A DNA stretch of 38,407 nt from a virus (IMGVR_UViG_3300022936_000019:1-38407); one strand, 5' to 3'; shown: positions 26,529 to 34,886, counted from the stretch's first letter. Notes: generated by a model not told the origin, from the sequence alone. Made by a program: numbers and translations.

Positions 26529-28355
26529 ATGGCAATAAATCCATCGGATATAAGTACAATAAGAGTTGGTCAACTACCTAATGGGGTATGGGGGCTAACA
26601 GACAAAATACCACACGAAATTGCTAGTCAATTAAATCAAGGTACCGTACAGGGATTAGCTGATTTAATTAGCGACTACATTGGCACGGCTTCAAGTTTAG
26701 CATTTAATCCAACGACTGTTAATGATGGGGAAACATTACCTAATACTGATTCAAACGAATGGATATTGGTAGGTAAAGGAACCTTTGGAAACGTTGGAGG
26801 GGCTCCTGATATTACAACTACTGAAGAACTAAATGCTTTAACTTCTAACGGTGATTATTGGACACTAGCTGTACAAATACCTGTTAACGTAGAACTAGCT
26901 GGGATTGTTCAAACAATACGTAGTGGCTTTACAACTACTGCGCCTAGCGAGGATGCGGTATATGATGCTCTGGCTTTAAAAGCTGACTCTGATTCAATTC
27001 CTGATTTTACTCTTAAAGAGGATAAATCAAACAAGCAGAATAACCTAGAAGTTGACGGTAGTGGAAATAAATACCCTACTGTGGATGCTATAAATTCGGC
27101 AGGATTTAAACAAGGGATTACCGACGTTCTTAACATTAATAGTGTATCAGAAGACATAGGAGTTGATTTTGTGAGCTCAACACAAACCGCAGAAACTCAT
27201 ATTTCAAACAATGGAATAGTTGCAGAAAACGGAGATTCAAAAATAACGCTTTCGGCAACATCTATAATAAATGAAAATGCCAATGAGAGATTAGAATATA
27301 ATTCTAATTCAATGACATTTACTGATAAAATTACAGGTTATATTTCTAAATTATGGATGCTTAGAAATGCATCGGGTTTGGCTGAATATCATTTCCCTGC
27401 AAATAAAGCATCAGGAGTTTATGATTTAGCTACAAAGGATGAAGTTGATTTAAAACTAAATATCTCTGATTATAACCAACATTTTAGAGGAACATATACT
27501 TCATTGGCTAATTTACAGTCTACTATTCCCACAGGTAACAATGGAGATTATGCAACAATAGATACTGGATCAGGATCAAATGCTAAGCTATACATTTGGG
27601 ACGCTCAGGAAGGATGGATTCAATCAAGTAGCGCAAGCGCGTCCACAACTGATGCATTACCTGAAGGATCAGTAAATTTATACTTTACAACAGCGCGTGT
27701 TTTAGCAACTGCATTATCAGGATTAAGCCTTTTGACTGGCGGTACAATTGGAAACACAGACTCAGTTTTAGTGGCTTTTGGTAAAATACAGAAACAAATT
27801 ACAGATTTATCTACTATATATCAAGTTATATTAACCGATGTGAATTTCGGTTCGTTTATAAATGGATTAACGTCTAAAACAACTCCTGTAAACGCAGATA
27901 GTATTTCCTTGGTGGATTCTGCAGATTCGAACAAACAGAAAAAAGTTTCTTTGACTAATTTTAAAGCATTTTTAAAAACATATTTCGATTCGTTATATCA
28001 AACTATATTAGTTTCGGGAACATCTATTAAAACTATTGGAGGTGTTTCTTTATTAGGTTCAGGGGATATTGCTTTAAATAATCAAAAAACGATTACAGGA
28101 AATGTAACAATTGATGACACATACAACGGCTGTATCGTAAAAGTAAAAGGAACAGCAACAATTAGTATTCCGGGAACCTTAACTGCAAATTTCAATTGTG
28201 TTTTTGATGTTTGGTCAGGATTTACAGCAACATTTACGCCGGTTTCAGGTGCAACTATAATAGAGACAGCTTTAATATTAGATTCTGATAAAATGGCAAC
28301 TTTATACAAGGACGGTTCAACAACAGCTTACAAACTAAAAGGACAGACAACGTAA
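26529..28355 (+). CDS. Tail fibre protein
   Basis: Ser/Thr/Gly-rich mosaic (APSEDAVYDAL, TDALPEGSVNLYFT, IKTIGGVSLLGSGDI). Confidence 0.8.
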   Translation: MAINPSDISTIRVGQLPNGVWGLTDKIPHEIASQLNQGTVQGLADLISDYIGTASSLAFNPTTVNDGETLPNTDSNEWILVGKGTFGNVGGAPDITTTEELNALTSNGDYWTLAVQIPVNVELAGIVQTIRSGFTTTAPSEDAVYDALALKADSDSIPDFTLKEDKSNKQNNLEVDGSGNKYPTVDAINSAGFKQGITDVLNINSVSEDIGVDFVSSTQTAETHISNNGIVAENGDSKITLSATSIINENANERLEYNSNSMTFTDKITGYISKLWMLRNASGLAEYHFPANKASGVYDLATKDEVDLKLNISDYNQHFRGTYTSLANLQSTIPTGNNGDYATIDTGSGSNAKLYIWDAQEGWIQSSSASASTTDALPEGSVNLYFTTARVLATALSGLSLLTGGTIGNTDSVLVAFGKIQKQITDLSTIYQVILTDVNFGSFINGLTSKTTPVNADSISLVDSADSNKQKKVSLTNFKAFLKTYFDSLYQTILVSGTSIKTIGGVSLLGSGDIALNNQKTITGNVTIDDTYNGCIVKVKGTATISIPGTLTANFNCVFDVWSGFTATFTPVSGATIIETALILDSDKMATLYKDGSTTAYKLKGQTT

Positions 28356-29752
28356 TGATAGTAGCAAACAATTTAGTTTTTGGTAGAAAATACGGTGTAG
28401 AATTTGATCCAAAATCACTTCCTTTATTCTGTTACATAAGAAGTTGGGAAGGAGTTTCTGTTTCTGGAACAAACGTAACAGGAATGACGGATTTAACAGG
28501 CAATGGCAATAATTTTCTATCAGCAGGAAACCCTCAAATTGTTGATAGCGGAATAAATGGTGTTAAATCTATACGTTTTAGCGGTACAAATTATGTTTAC
28601 CGTCAATTAGCTATGGCGGGGATTTCAGACACTACAAAACGAGCAGGTTGGATTGTGTTTAAAATAGAAGATCCAGTTGGAATTACTTATCATAATATAG
28701 TTATTATGGGTGTTCAGGATTTTGCAAACGGGGGGCTTTTAGTGGAGCATTTATATAATCCAAATTCAACTAATAATTTTATTCATAATTTTAATACCGA
28801 TACTTTAGACAGTACAAGCGTAAGTAGTCAATTGTTACCTAGTTTTGGTATATTTACTAAAAATTCAGGAGATTCTAAATTGGATTTAAATAGCGTAATA
28901 ACCACAGGTACAGGCTCGCAAGTTGTTGAAAATAGAGGCGTTTATATTGGGGATTGGAATTCAAGAGGGGCCAAGATGCTTTTTTGTGAATTCGCATTGA
29001 TAGACAATGATACGCATGTTTTATCTTCTACGGACATTGCGAACTTAAAAAAATATTTTAAAGTAAAATATAATATTAATCCAGGTTTTGTTCCTCCATC
29101 GACTACAGTTGTTAATATGGGTGTTAACGGAGACAACACCTCGGATATAATTGCTAGATTGTCAACAATAAATGCGCAATTAGGTAATTTAGTAATTCTA
29201 CTTGTAGGCGTTAACGACTGGCGTCACCCTACATCGACAAAAAGAAGAACACCTACGCAATATCAAACTAATTTAACTACTTTAGTGCAAAGTTTTAAAG
29301 CAAATGGTAGCGCGGTTTTAATGATGAATATTATGCCTATATTGAATCAGGAAAGCGATTATGTTTGTCCGTTTTATGGTCAATCTTCAGGTTGTGATGC
29401 AAATTCAACAGGAGATCAGTTTAGAGTAAAAGTGCCTTTAGTAGCCACATCAGAAAGCGTAATGTATTTAGATTTAAACCAAAAATTTATTGATATTGGC
29501 CAACCAACTTATACTATTGATTCATATTTGGAAAATGCTTTAAATTCAGGAAGTACAGACGGAGTTCATCCAAGGCCAATAGGCGCGTTATATATAGCGC
29601 AAAAAGTAAACGAATATTTAGTATCTAATTCATTGCATTATAACAAAATAGTGTGTGTTGGAGATAGTATAACTTACGGAGACGGATTAACGGGAGCAGG
29701 AACGGTAACAGGCGATACTTATCCATCGCAATTAAAAATATTATTAAATTAA
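28355..29752 (+). CDS. Tail-associated protein: beta-sandwich/lectin-like N-domain plus circularly permuted SGNH/GDSL esterase
   Basis: NMGVNG (block II), GVND (III), DGVHP (V), then VCVGDSIT (I) at the extreme C-terminus. Confidence 0.85.
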   Translation: MIVANNLVFGRKYGVEFDPKSLPLFCYIRSWEGVSVSGTNVTGMTDLTGNGNNFLSAGNPQIVDSGINGVKSIRFSGTNYVYRQLAMAGISDTTKRAGWIVFKIEDPVGITYHNIVIMGVQDFANGGLLVEHLYNPNSTNNFIHNFNTDTLDSTSVSSQLLPSFGIFTKNSGDSKLDLNSVITTGTGSQVVENRGVYIGDWNSRGAKMLFCEFALIDNDTHVLSSTDIANLKKYFKVKYNINPGFVPPSTTVVNMGVNGDNTSDIIARLSTINAQLGNLVILLVGVNDWRHPTSTKRRTPTQYQTNLTTLVQSFKANGSAVLMMNIMPILNQESDYVCPFYGQSSGCDANSTGDQFRVKVPLVATSESVMYLDLNQKFIDIGQPTYTIDSYLENALNSGSTDGVHPRPIGALYIAQKVNEYLVSNSLHYNKIVCVGDSITYGDGLTGAGTVTGDTYPSQLKILLN

Positions 29753-29759
29753 AAACAAC

Positions 29760-30014
29760 ATGAAACTATCAGATGTAAACGTTAAATCGTTATTGGCAAT
29801 TTTTATTATTTGCTTTGGAATGGGCGCAATAGTATTCATCCATTTAGAGGATATGGTTTTAGGGGCAATAATAGGTTTTATTGGCGTTCCTTTAAGCTAT
29901 TTCTTTGGAGCAAGTAAAAGTTCTCCAAGTACAAATATTACTCAATCAAACGTACAAATGGATGCGCCTGATGATATCGGGGGCGGTGGAATAAAAAACC
30001 CGCCAAAACCATGA
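29760..30014 (+). CDS. Two-TM membrane protein, holin-like
   Basis: Two hydrophobic segments, YFFGAS, polar tail. Confidence 0.65.
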   Translation: MKLSDVNVKSLLAIFIICFGMGAIVFIHLEDMVLGAIIGFIGVPLSYFFGASKSSPSTNITQSNVQMDAPDDIGGGGIKNPPKP

Positions 30015-30394
30015 TTAATATCAAATACATACAACACTTTTTAAGTCAAACAGTTCACTTACTCCTGTATTTTATGATGGGAGTAAGTGTTTTGTCTATT
30101 GTATTTCCTTGGTTTAATATAAATTTTGATTACGTTACATGGGGCAATTCAGGCGGTTTTTCAATAGCATGTGATATAATTTTTATAGAAAGATTTACAT
30201 TTAATAAAAGATATTGCTGGCTCACTAAAGCGTTGCCAATATGTATGATTTTTGTAAATTCAATCAATATATTGTGTAACGAATTATTTCCTAAACATTA
30301 CGAACTTTACGGGCAAATATATGAAGTAACTATTTTTTCTGTAACTTTGCTTATATTCGCTATTATTACTATAGAAAAAAAGCTGAACAGATGA
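30011..30394 (+). CDS. Multi-pass membrane protein in the lysis region
   Basis: About four hydrophobic segments. Confidence 0.7.
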   Translation: MINIKYIQHFLSQTVHLLLYFMMGVSVLSIVFPWFNINFDYVTWGNSGGFSIACDIIFIERFTFNKRYCWLTKALPICMIFVNSINILCNELFPKHYELYGQIYEVTIFSVTLLIFAIITIEKKLNR

Positions 30395-30648
30395 TTTTAC
30401 AAGTAGCTACTAACCCAACAGCAGAATTGGCACATAATTTTATTGATTTAACAACAGCCTGCATTGCAGTTGTGATTACGCTAAGCGGTGTTGTAGTTTA
30501 TTTGTATAAGCGTCTTGAAGCTAAAAACGAATTATTTATAAACGAGCTTAGATCTTCAAACGAAAAGCTATCCAGTATAGTAACCGGATATAGTAAATTC
30601 CTGGATAAAATGGATAGAATTATTGAAGTAATGGCAGATAAAAAATAA
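30391..30648 (+). CDS. Single-TM coiled-coil protein, holin/antiholin candidate
   Basis: One TM segment followed by a charged helix; upstream of the endolysin. Confidence 0.6.
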   Translation: MILQVATNPTAELAHNFIDLTTACIAVVITLSGVVVYLYKRLEAKNELFINELRSSNEKLSSIVTGYSKFLDKMDRIIEVMADKK

Positions 30649-30651
30649 TTT

Positions 30652-30852
30652 ATGACATGCGATATTTTTCATATAGATAAAAAAGATTTGGAATGCAGGA
30701 AACTAATCATGCACTCAATAGAACTCGCTTTAAAAAGAGGTGACGAGGTTTTTGAAAAATTAGTATCAAAAGACAATAATATACCTGTATCAACTTTCGG
30801 ACAATTCAAAGAATCACTTAAAAATATAGATCACGAAAACTTAAAGCCATGA
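30652..30852 (+). CDS. Hypothetical protein
   Basis: Coupled to the endolysin start (ATGA overlap). Confidence 0.7.
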   Translation: MTCDIFHIDKKDLECRKLIMHSIELALKRGDEVFEKLVSKDNNIPVSTFGQFKESLKNIDHENLKP

Positions 30853-31283
30853 AGTTAAACGAATCAGGTTACAAAGCATTACATGAACGTGAAGGATTGC
30901 GTTTAAAACCGTATTTAGATACTCAGGGAGTGCCTACAATTGCAATGGGAAACACGTTTTATGAAGACGGATCAAAAGTAAAAATGAGTGATCCGCCATT
31001 GTCTAAAATTGAAGCTGAATATTTAGCTAAAATAGTAGCCGATCGATTTGCAACGAAAGTAAATTCATTGGTTAAGTCTAATATAAATCAAAACCAATTT
31101 AACGCTTTGGTGTCGTTAGCTTATAATATTGGTTTAAACGGCTTTGAAAACAGCACGGTATTGCGTAAAGTAAATGCCAATCCAAATGATCCTAAAATTC
31201 AGGACGCATTTATGATGTGGACAAAAAATAAAGAATTGATTGGTCGTAGAAAATCAGAAGTAAATCAATACTTTAAATTATGA
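30849..31283 (+). CDS. Endolysin, GH24 phage lysozyme
   Basis: E-x8-D-x5-T triad (EGLRLKPYLDTQGVPT), QNQFNALVS.AYNIG, L..RR..E. Confidence 0.95.
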   Translation: MKLNESGYKALHEREGLRLKPYLDTQGVPTIAMGNTFYEDGSKVKMSDPPLSKIEAEYLAKIVADRFATKVNSLVKSNINQNQFNALVSLAYNIGLNGFENSTVLRKVNANPNDPKIQDAFMMWTKNKELIGRRKSEVNQYFKL

Positions 31284-31849
31284 AAACCTTTGTAAAAAAC
31301 AATTGGTATTGGGTATTGGTTTGTGCTGTATTGATATCGTTGCTTATATCGGCTCATTACAAGTCGAATATAACCAAACACGATACGGCTACATATAAAA
31401 CTGTTACTTCTAAAAAAGAAGCAGTAGAAGCTTTACAAGTTCCGGAAACTATAGTTAAAAAGTTCACGAAAATTAAAACGGTTACACGTTATCTAGATAA
31501 AATAAAGATTGACACTATTGAAATACATTATAAAGATTCAATTCCGTGCGTTTTTGAGCGTTCAGGCGAACTAAAAACAAAAGAATATACATTTACATAT
31601 AAAAGTAATCAAAACGGCTTTAGCGTTAATAATATGCAATTACACGATTCTTTATTAATTGTCACAGGAACTAAACGGAAATGGTTTTTAGGCAAAGAAA
31701 TAAACACCATCGATATTACACATAGCAATAAATATATTTCATCGGATCAGGTTCAGCACATTGAAGTGGTTAAAAAGAAGCCTTTTTACGAAACAACACT
31801 ATTTAAAATTGCAGTTGGTTTCGGAATTGGTGTTGCTGTTACAAAATAA
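31280..31849 (+). CDS. Spanin-like protein
   Basis: N-terminal TM, beta-rich middle, hydrophobic C-terminus; follows the endolysin. Confidence 0.6.
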   Translation: MKTFVKNNWYWVLVCAVLISLLISAHYKSNITKHDTATYKTVTSKKEAVEALQVPETIVKKFTKIKTVTRYLDKIKIDTIEIHYKDSIPCVFERSGELKTKEYTFTYKSNQNGFSVNNMQLHDSLLIVTGTKRKWFLGKEINTIDITHSNKYISSDQVQHIEVVKKKPFYETTLFKIAVGFGIGVAVTK

Positions 31850-31853
31850 TTAC

Positions 31854-31861
31854 TATATTTG
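31854..31861 (+). promoter_or_regulatory. -7 promoter element for the tRNA-like gene
   Basis: TATATTTG. Confidence 0.7.
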
Positions 31862-31869
31862 TAATTAAA

Positions 31870-31944
31870 CAGCAAGTAGCTCAGATATATGGTAGAGCAA
31901 TTCCGATTAGGTAATGGTCATAGGTTCGAATCCTGTCTAGCTGT
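31870..31944 (+). tRNA. tRNA-like gene with non-canonical anticodon arm (identity undetermined)
   Basis: Acceptor CAGCAAG/CTAGCTG, TA, D-arm GCTC..GGTA-GAGC, T-arm ATAGG-TTCGAAT-CCTGT; no encoded CCA. Confidence 0.8.
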
Positions 31945-32017
31945 TTTTTTAAAATTAAATTTTACAGTCTGGTTAACTGCAATTTTTCATAATTATTATT
32001 TTTAAGATTTGGGGATT

Positions 32018-32046
32018 AAGCTTCGTAGAGATACGGAGCTTTTTTT
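32018..32046 (+). terminator. Rho-independent terminator ending the late region
   Basis: AAGCTTCGTA-GAGA-TACGGAGCTT plus T-run. Confidence 0.9.
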
Positions 32047-32097
32047 GTGCCGTAAAGTCAATGAATACGTTAGTAAATGTTAAAGTTTTAAAATAAT

Positions 32098-32139
32098 TTA
32101 AAAAAGGTGTTGTTTATTAAAAAAGGTGTTGTATATTTG
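32098..32139 (+). promoter_or_regulatory. Consensus early promoter overlapped by a 16-bp direct repeat
   Basis: TTG 32110-12, N19, TATATTTG 32132-39; TTAAAAAAGGTGTTGT at 32098 and 32117. Confidence 0.8.
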
Positions 32140-32169
32140 TCAAAGAAATAATCACTAAAGCAAAACACC

Positions 32170-32373
32170 ATGAAATCACAATCAGAAATTACAGAAGCAG
32201 TTGAAAAATTTAACAACATAAATACAGTTTACGGATCAATTGAATTAAGTAACTCGGCTGTTATTAATTGGTTAAAAAAATTAAACGCATTAACTACTGA
32301 ATTGTGCGAAACAAAACACTGGGATATGCTAATAGAGCAAATAAATTATGTATCATCTTTAAGAACTGTATAA
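32170..32373 (+). CDS. Early hypothetical protein
   Basis: First ORF after the early promoter. Confidence 0.75.
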   Translation: MKSQSEITEAVEKFNNINTVYGSIELSNSAVINWLKKLNALTTELCETKHWDMLIEQINYVSSLRTV

Positions 32374-32374
32374 T

Positions 32375-32641
32375 ATGGAATTAAATTTAACACCTGAGCA
32401 AATTGAAAAATATAATAACTATCATCTTTCGGAAGAAAGTCAAATAAAAATAGCAACTCAATTAGTCGAACGATATCACAGAAAAAATGAAGAGTTAGAA
32501 AAATATAGAGATTGTTCTTCTTTGAAAGATGGTTGGCAAACTTCTGTATTAGCTAAAAAACAAAGAAAAGCAGATGAACTATCAAAAGAAATTACAATCA
32601 TAAGAAACGTTCTTTATGATGATTGGAATATTGAAATTTAA
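32375..32641 (+). CDS. Early hypothetical protein
   Basis: Coupled ORF. Confidence 0.75.
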   Translation: MELNLTPEQIEKYNNYHLSEESQIKIATQLVERYHRKNEELEKYRDCSSLKDGWQTSVLAKKQRKADELSKEITIIRNVLYDDWNIEI

Positions 32642-32652
32642 TAAAATTAATT

Positions 32653-32802
32653 ATGGGAAGAAAAAAACTAACAAACGAAAGGTTCCAAATCAGATGCCAC
32701 CCTAAAGTAATTAAAGACGTTAGGAAATACGCAAAAGAAAGAAGCGAGGAATATCAAACAGAATCAGAAAAACTAACTAAAAACACAGAAAATGGAAGCT
32801 AA
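32653..32802 (+). CDS. Small ribbon-helix-helix-like DNA-binding protein (49 aa; not in ORF track)
   Basis: MGRKKL...RFQIRCHPKVIKDVRKYAKE: basic arm, alternating beta strand, helix. Confidence 0.6.
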   Translation: MGRKKLTNERFQIRCHPKVIKDVRKYAKERSEEYQTESEKLTKNTENGS

Positions 32803-32941
32803 AGAAAAATTATTTAAAACAATGGACAGAATTGAAGAACTTAAAAAGATTCCAATATATTTTATGTCCGAAGAAGAAGATTTAGAGCTTCGTAATTTAG
32901 AAGTTTTGAAAATGAAGTATTACTCAGAATGGAAAGACTAA
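32792..32941 (+). CDS. Small hypothetical protein (49 aa; not in ORF track)
   Basis: MEAKEKLFKTMDRIEELKK...; fills the gap. Confidence 0.65.
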   Translation: MEAKEKLFKTMDRIEELKKIPIYFMSEEEDLELRNLEVLKMKYYSEWKD

Positions 32942-32958
32942 TTTAAAAATACAGAGGG

Positions 32959-33162
32959 ATGAAAACGGTAGTACAATTAATAATCGAACACCTAAACAGG
33001 TTCGATATTAAAATTGATAAAGAGACAGAAGACAAGTTTACCGAATTAGCTAAACAAGAAATAATCGATTCTTTTAATTCTGCCTGGTATCATATTGTAC
33101 CAAGTAACGGTTTTCTATCTAAAACCGGAGAAGAATATTTTAACGAAACATTCGGATCATGA
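32959..33162 (+). CDS. Hypothetical protein (paralog of 481..702)
   Basis: MKTVVQLI..KQEIIDSFN..EEYFNETF. Confidence 0.8.
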   Translation: MKTVVQLIIEHLNRFDIKIDKETEDKFTELAKQEIIDSFNSAWYHIVPSNGFLSKTGEEYFNETFGS

Positions 33163-33404
33163 AAGGAAAAACTTTAGTTCAGGTAGTTAACGAGATTACA
33201 GGACACCAAAACGAAGAATGGCATGCAATTCATTTCGCAAAAAATGAGTTCGCTCAATTGTACGCTTGGATTAAAGCAGATGTAATTTCCAATCTTTTAG
33301 AAGAACAAAGAATTAAAAACGAAAACACAATAAAAAATTTAAACCATGAAAACAGAAAATTTAATCAAATCAGAAAACGCACGCAGAATGGAATTATTAG
33401 CTAA
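33159..33404 (+). CDS. Hypothetical protein
   Basis: ATGA-coupled ORF. Confidence 0.7.
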   Translation: MKGKTLVQVVNEITGHQNEEWHAIHFAKNEFAQLYAWIKADVISNLLEEQRIKNENTIKNLNHENRKFNQIRKRTQNGIIS

Positions 33405-33660
33405 AAGCAGATTACATATTTATTTGTTAATTGCATTGGCTTTAATCATTCTATCATCATGCACAGGAACTCATTTTGTTACTGAGTATCGAATCACAAC
33501 AGCAGAAAGAAGCTATTACTGCAATCATCCACAATTCGTAAATGATACGGTTCGTGGAGCAGAATTGAAGCGTAACGGTCAAATATTAAGAGTATTTGAA
33601 GTTCCGTACAATCAGGTTTTATCAGTAGATTTTAATAACCATAAATACGAATGGAAATAA
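33346..33660 (+). CDS. Putative lipoprotein
   Basis: Hydrophobic stretch ending in lipobox LSSC. Confidence 0.6.
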   Translation: MKTENLIKSENARRMELLAKSRLHIYLLIALALIILSSCTGTHFVTEYRITTAERSYYCNHPQFVNDTVRGAELKRNGQILRVFEVPYNQVLSVDFNNHKYEWK

Positions 33661-33785
33661 TGAAAAGTTGGAAATTAAAAGATTGGTTATTGCTGTTGGC
33701 AATGGCAATCATAATCGGATTGTCTTATAGTCATATTCGACAAAACACACCAAAACACGTTTGGTATAATTGGGATAGTAAATAA
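33660..33785 (+). CDS. Small single-TM protein (41 aa; not in ORF track)
   Basis: TAATG coupling; WLLLLAMAIIIGLSY. Confidence 0.6.
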   Translation: MKSWKLKDWLLLLAMAIIIGLSYSHIRQNTPKHVWYNWDSK

Positions 33786-33801
33786 TTAAAAACTAAAAGG
33801 G

Positions 33802-34059
33802 ATGAAAACAACATTTTTTCCACGATGGTTAACAGAAAAACTATTGAATCATATTTTTATGTGGGAAATATATAAAACCACAGGCAGAAGACTTTGCTCA
33901 TTTGACATTGATGTGATAAAATATGATGTTTGGTTTGTCCGACACAAAATATTCAGAGGTTGCGGAATAAAATTAAAATTCAAACCTTCAAAAGAAGATA
34001 TCCCATATTACGCAAAGGATTGGTTAAGTAAAACTAAATGGTTAATAACTAACCCTTAA
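33802..34059 (+). CDS. Hypothetical protein
   Basis: ORF in the early gene run. Confidence 0.65.
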   Translation: MKTTFFPRWLTEKLLNHIFMWEIYKTTGRRLCSFDIDVIKYDVWFVRHKIFRGCGIKLKFKPSKEDIPYYAKDWLSKTKWLITNP

Positions 34060-34069
34060 ATTACACAAA

Positions 34070-34243
34070 ATGACAAAAGAAGAAGTACTATACAGCAGAA
34101 ATTTAGGATTAGGAGTTAGGCTTTACATTACTAAACCTGATAAATATTATTCGGTTATAAAAGAAGATGACCTATCTAGTTTTGAATATGATGTATTTGA
34201 AACATTTGAAGAGGCTAAAGATTGTGTAGACAACGAAAACTAA
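34070..34243 (+). CDS. Small hypothetical protein (57 aa; not in ORF track)
   Basis: MTKEEVLYSRNLG...FETFEEAKD. Confidence 0.65.
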   Translation: MTKEEVLYSRNLGLGVRLYITKPDKYYSVIKEDDLSSFEYDVFETFEEAKDCVDNEN

Positions 34244-34284
34244 CCAACTTGTAAGGAATACTTGCGAGTTAAAAAAATGAAATT

Positions 34285-34461
34285 ATGAAAACTAAATATC
34301 CGCATCCTATTTGTGATGAAGCATGTTATTATCATTGCACCAAAGGAGGGCAACAAGAGCCTGAATGCGTCACAAATAATCCAGACATGGAATTCAACCA
34401 AGACTACGAAGATCAGCAAAGAGAGGCTGACGAAATTATTAACAACCAAATGGAATTTTAG
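34285..34461 (+). CDS. Small Cys/His-rich acidic protein (58 aa; not in ORF track)
   Basis: AATTATG start; HPICDEACYYHC...EC; preferred over track ORF 34313..34513. Confidence 0.65.
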   Translation: MKTKYPHPICDEACYYHCTKGGQQEPECVTNNPDMEFNQDYEDQQREADEIINNQMEF

Positions 34462-34464
34462 ATT

Positions 34465-34638
34465 ATGGCACAATTTAAACAATATACAAATTGCACTTAT
34501 TGCAAAGCCGTAGGTTCAGTTGAAGTTATTACAAAGCAAAGTAAATGGAGCCGTTTAGTTCAGGTAATGAAATGCAAAGTGTGCGATGCTCAAAACGGCG
34601 TTAAAGCAACTCTAAATAAAAGCATAACAGAAGAATAA
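34465..34638 (+). CDS. Small zinc-ribbon protein (57 aa; not in ORF track)
   Basis: CTYC...CKVC. Confidence 0.7.
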   Translation: MAQFKQYTNCTYCKAVGSVEVITKQSKWSRLVQVMKCKVCDAQNGVKATLNKSITEE

Positions 34639-34654
34639 CCAAAAACAAACTATC

Positions 34655-34867
34655 ATGAACAACTTCGAAAAACACAGTATAGTATTCTGCGCAGGAATTG
34701 CATTTATGATTTTATTAACTTATTTTATAATTACCATGAAAAAACACAATCCAACCGACAAACAAGAAACGATATTCGAACAAGAGCATCGTTTTAAAAT
34801 GGAAGCACGAGAACTGGCTAAAAAACATGTTGATGTGAAGCCTGTAAAATTTTTACTCAAAAGGTAA
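34655..34867 (+). CDS. Small membrane-anchored hypothetical protein
   Basis: N-terminal TM; possible second start at ATG 34736. Confidence 0.65.
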   Translation: MNNFEKHSIVFCAGIAFMILLTYFIITMKKHNPTDKQETIFEQEHRFKMEARELAKKHVDVKPVKFLLKR

Positions 34868-34886
34868 AATTTAACATATTAATGTA

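Noticed and set aside
31900-31915. TTA in the anticodon loop suggesting an ochre suppressor or alternative genetic code
   Set aside because: Loop geometry is non-canonical, and TAA, TAG and TGA all terminate intact conserved genes, consistent with code 11
31870-31944. tRNA as attP or prophage boundary
   Set aside because: No integrase, no duplicated tRNA 3' end and no host genes in the window
31805-31986. 12-bp inverted repeat AAAATTGCAGTT/AACTGCAATTTT flanking the tRNA-like gene
   Set aside because: One arm is in coding sequence upstream of the tRNA promoter and the other has a local pairing partner; may be chance
34247-34270. Intergenic hairpin AACTTGTAAG-GAATA-CTTGCGAGTT
   Set aside because: Single copy without a + strand U-tract; may be a processing site but there is no further evidence
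34313-34513. Track ORF of 66 aa
   Set aside because: Overlaps two better ORFs (34285..34461 and 34465..34638) that have typical starts and Cys motifs
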